A DNA stretch of 47,578 bases from a candidate division WOR-3 bacterium. GTDB lineage: Bacteria > Hydrothermota > Hydrothermia > Hydrothermales > Hydrothermaceae. The position numbers were made by a program, and so were the translations under genes. Position 1 is the first letter of the stretch. Each line of letters begins with the position of its first letter. Location: positions 1 through 47,578 of the forward strand of contig JBDRZD010000002.1 of the NCBI GenBank assembly GCA_039803745.1, read 5' to 3'. This document shows positions 45,618-47,578 of this stretch, piece by piece. The notes under the pieces were generated by a model. The model was not told the origin of the DNA. It saw only the letters and a list, made by a program, of their open reading frames with translations, and searched no databases.

Positions 45618-47578
45618 GAAAAATTGCAATTATTGGAAATCCAAATTCCGGTAAATCAACAATATTTAACAATTTAACAGGTTTAAACCAGAAGGTAGGA
45701 AACTGGCCAGGTGTTACTGTTGAAAAATATGAAGGTGAATTTACTTATAAAGATGAAAAATTTCATATTGTTGACCTTCCTGGAACATATGGGCTTTCAA
45801 GTCTTTCTTTAGATGAAAAAATTGCAAGAAAATATTTGATAGAAGAAAAGCCTGATGCAATTGTTGTAGTGGTTGATTCAACAAACATTGAAAGGCATCT
45901 TTTTCTTCTTATTGAAATTTTAGAAATGGGTCACAATGCTGTTTTATGCCTAAATATGAATGACCTTGCAGAAGAAAAAGGATTTTTTATAAATGAGAAT
46001 ATCCTTTCCCAACTATTAAAAATACCTGTGGTAAAAACAATTGGTAATAAAAATATAGGAACTGAAAAATTAAAGGAAGCGATATATAATGCAGTAAAAA
46101 ATAAAAAAAAGGAACCTTTAAAAATAGACTATGGAGAAGAAGTTGAAAAATTTATTGAAAATATTAAAAAAGAAATAAATTTTCCAGAAAATTTTCCGGA
46201 AAGATGGGGATTAATAAAAATATTCTCACAAGATGAAGAAATAATTGAGTTTTTAAAAGATAAAAAAGAGGTGATTCAGAAAATAAATAGAATAGCAAAC
46301 TTTCATGGATATAGTATCCCAGAAAGCCTTATTATTGAAAAAAAATATGGATTTATAAAAGGTATATTAAAAGAGTGTGTAAAAGAGGAAAAGAAAGTAT
46401 GGAAAAGACTTGAAATAAGTGATAAAATTGATAAAATTATAACAATCCCTTCCATAGGAATACCCCTATTTTTAATATTTATGTTATTAATTTTTGAAGT
46501 GATATTTGGTATAGGTAATCCAATTGCAGATTTAATTGACAAAATAATAGGATTTTTAAGTTTAAATTTAAAGTTTTTATTTTCCAAAATTCTTTCGCCC
46601 TTTTTAGTTTCCTTCTTGACAGATGGAGTAATAAATGGGATAGGTTCAGTACTTATTTTTTTGCCAAATATATTTTTACTTTTTTTCTTAATTTCACTTG
46701 TTGAAGATTCAGGATATATGGCAAGAATAGCATTTACAATGGATAGGTTCATGCATTATGTGGGATTACATGGAAAATCCTTTATTCCATTAATACTTGG
46801 TTTTGGGTGCAATGTCCCTGCAATTTTAGGAACAAGAATAATTGAATCAAAAAGGGATAGAATCATAACAATAATGATAATACCTTTAATTTCATGCTCT
46901 GCAAGGCTTCCCATTTATATTCTTTTTGCAAGTGCATTTTTTAAGGAATACCAGGCTTTTATTGTTTTTTCAATTTATTTAATTGGTATTGTATTAGCAG
47001 TAGCTATAGCAAAAATTTTAAGTAAATTTATATTAAGAAAGGAAGAAAAAACTCCTCTTATAATGGAGCTTCCTCCTTATAAAAAACCGGGAATAAGGTG
47101 GAGTTTAAAGATGGCAATTTTGAAAAGTGAACTATTTTTAAAAAGGGCTGGCACAATAATATTTTTAATGAGTATGTTGGTATGGCTTTTATCTTCCTTA
47201 CCACCTGGTGTTCCATATGCAAGCAAGGAATCCATTATTGGTAAAATAGGCTCTTTTATTGCACCAGTATTTTCACCAGCAGGTCTTGGAAGATGGGAAG
47301 TAAGTATTTCTCTTTTAATAGGGATTTTAGCAAAGGAACTTATTGTGAGCACTTTTGGAGTAATACTTGGAAAGGAAAATTTAATTCACTCTTTACAAAA
47401 TATCTTTACTCCACTTTCTGCCTATTCCTTTATGCTCATGTCCCTAATTTATATTCCATGTGCAGCCACAATGATTGCTATTAAAAATGAAGCAGGATTT
47501 AAATATTTATTATTAACAATAATTTATACGCTCTTTCTTGGATGGATAATTGCAACAATTTTTTATCAATTAGGTATT
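45614..47578 (+). CDS. feoB: ferrous iron transporter FeoB (3' end beyond the window)
   Basis: Not in the ORF track because no stop is reached. The frame from ATG 45614 is open for 655 codons to the window end. G-domain IAIIGNPNSGKSTIFN and DLPGTY, and a membrane gate motif GKSFIPLILGFGCNVPAI. Confidence 0.9.
   Translation, partial: MRKIAIIGNPNSGKSTIFNNLTGLNQKVGNWPGVTVEKYEGEFTYKDEKFHIVDLPGTYGLSSLSLDEKIARKYLIEEKPDAIVVVVDSTNIERHLFLLIEILEMGHNAVLCLNMNDLAEEKGFFINENILSQLLKIPVVKTIGNKNIGTEKLKEAIYNAVKNKKKEPLKIDYGEEVEKFIENIKKEINFPENFPERWGLIKIFSQDEEIIEFLKDKKEVIQKINRIANFHGYSIPESLIIEKKYGFIKGILKECVKEEKKVWKRLEISDKIDKIITIPSIGIPLFLIFMLLIFEVIFGIGNPIADLIDKIIGFLSLNLKFLFSKILSPFLVSFLTDGVINGIGSVLIFLPNIFLLFFLISLVEDSGYMARIAFTMDRFMHYVGLHGKSFIPLILGFGCNVPAILGTRIIESKRDRIITIMIIPLISCSARLPIYILFASAFFKEYQAFIVFSIYLIGIVLAVAIAKILSKFILRKEEKTPLIMELPPYKKPGIRWSLKMAILKSELFLKRAGTIIFLMSMLVWLLSSLPPGVPYASKESIIGKIGSFIAPVFSPAGLGRWEVSISLLIGILAKELIVSTFGVILGKENLIHSLQNIFTPLSAYSFMLMSLIYIPCAATMIAIKNEAGFKYLLLTIIYTLFLGWIIATIFYQLGI

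Overview
Strongly AT-rich, very gene-dense chromosomal segment with about 50 CDS, one tRNA and almost no intergenic DNA. Many neighbouring genes overlap by 4-59 nt. I found no CRISPR array, transposase, integrase, phage gene or rRNA. The host looks like an uncultured thermophilic bacterium. It encodes a full-length reverse gyrase (41509-44931), and two secreted proteins end in T9SS-type C-terminal sorting domains, which suggests an FCB-related lineage (inference). Most genes are housekeeping: a 2-oxoacid:ferredoxin oxidoreductase, nusB, hisC, rpiB, ilvE, a tryptophanase/TPL-family lyase, serS, a Kbl-like enzyme, GTP-PEPCK, yggS, rdgB, gmhB, fabG, cobO and dtxR-feoAB. The most system-like region is a seven-gene translationally coupled operon at 30516-37306: an orphan multi-pass membrane protein, HdrC, HdrB, HdrA, MvhD, a 4Fe-4S protein and a Cys-type cytoplasmic FdhA. 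I read it as a putative formate-driven, flavin-based electron-bifurcating disulfide reductase in a non-methanogen context, with an unexplained membrane partner. Other unusual items are a 622-aa anchored protein with 12 GNDxY solenoid-like repeats, preceded by a GC-rich hairpin and a mini-uORF, and a Cys-rich SpoIID-like T9SS cargo protein. A seven-blade BNR propeller is a second T9SS cargo protein. There is also a recurrent TATAAT-N6-8-start-codon architecture suggesting leaderless mRNAs for first genes of transcription units, and three convergent gene pairs share back-to-back stop codons. All functional calls come from reading the translated ORFs for motifs. No database search was run.
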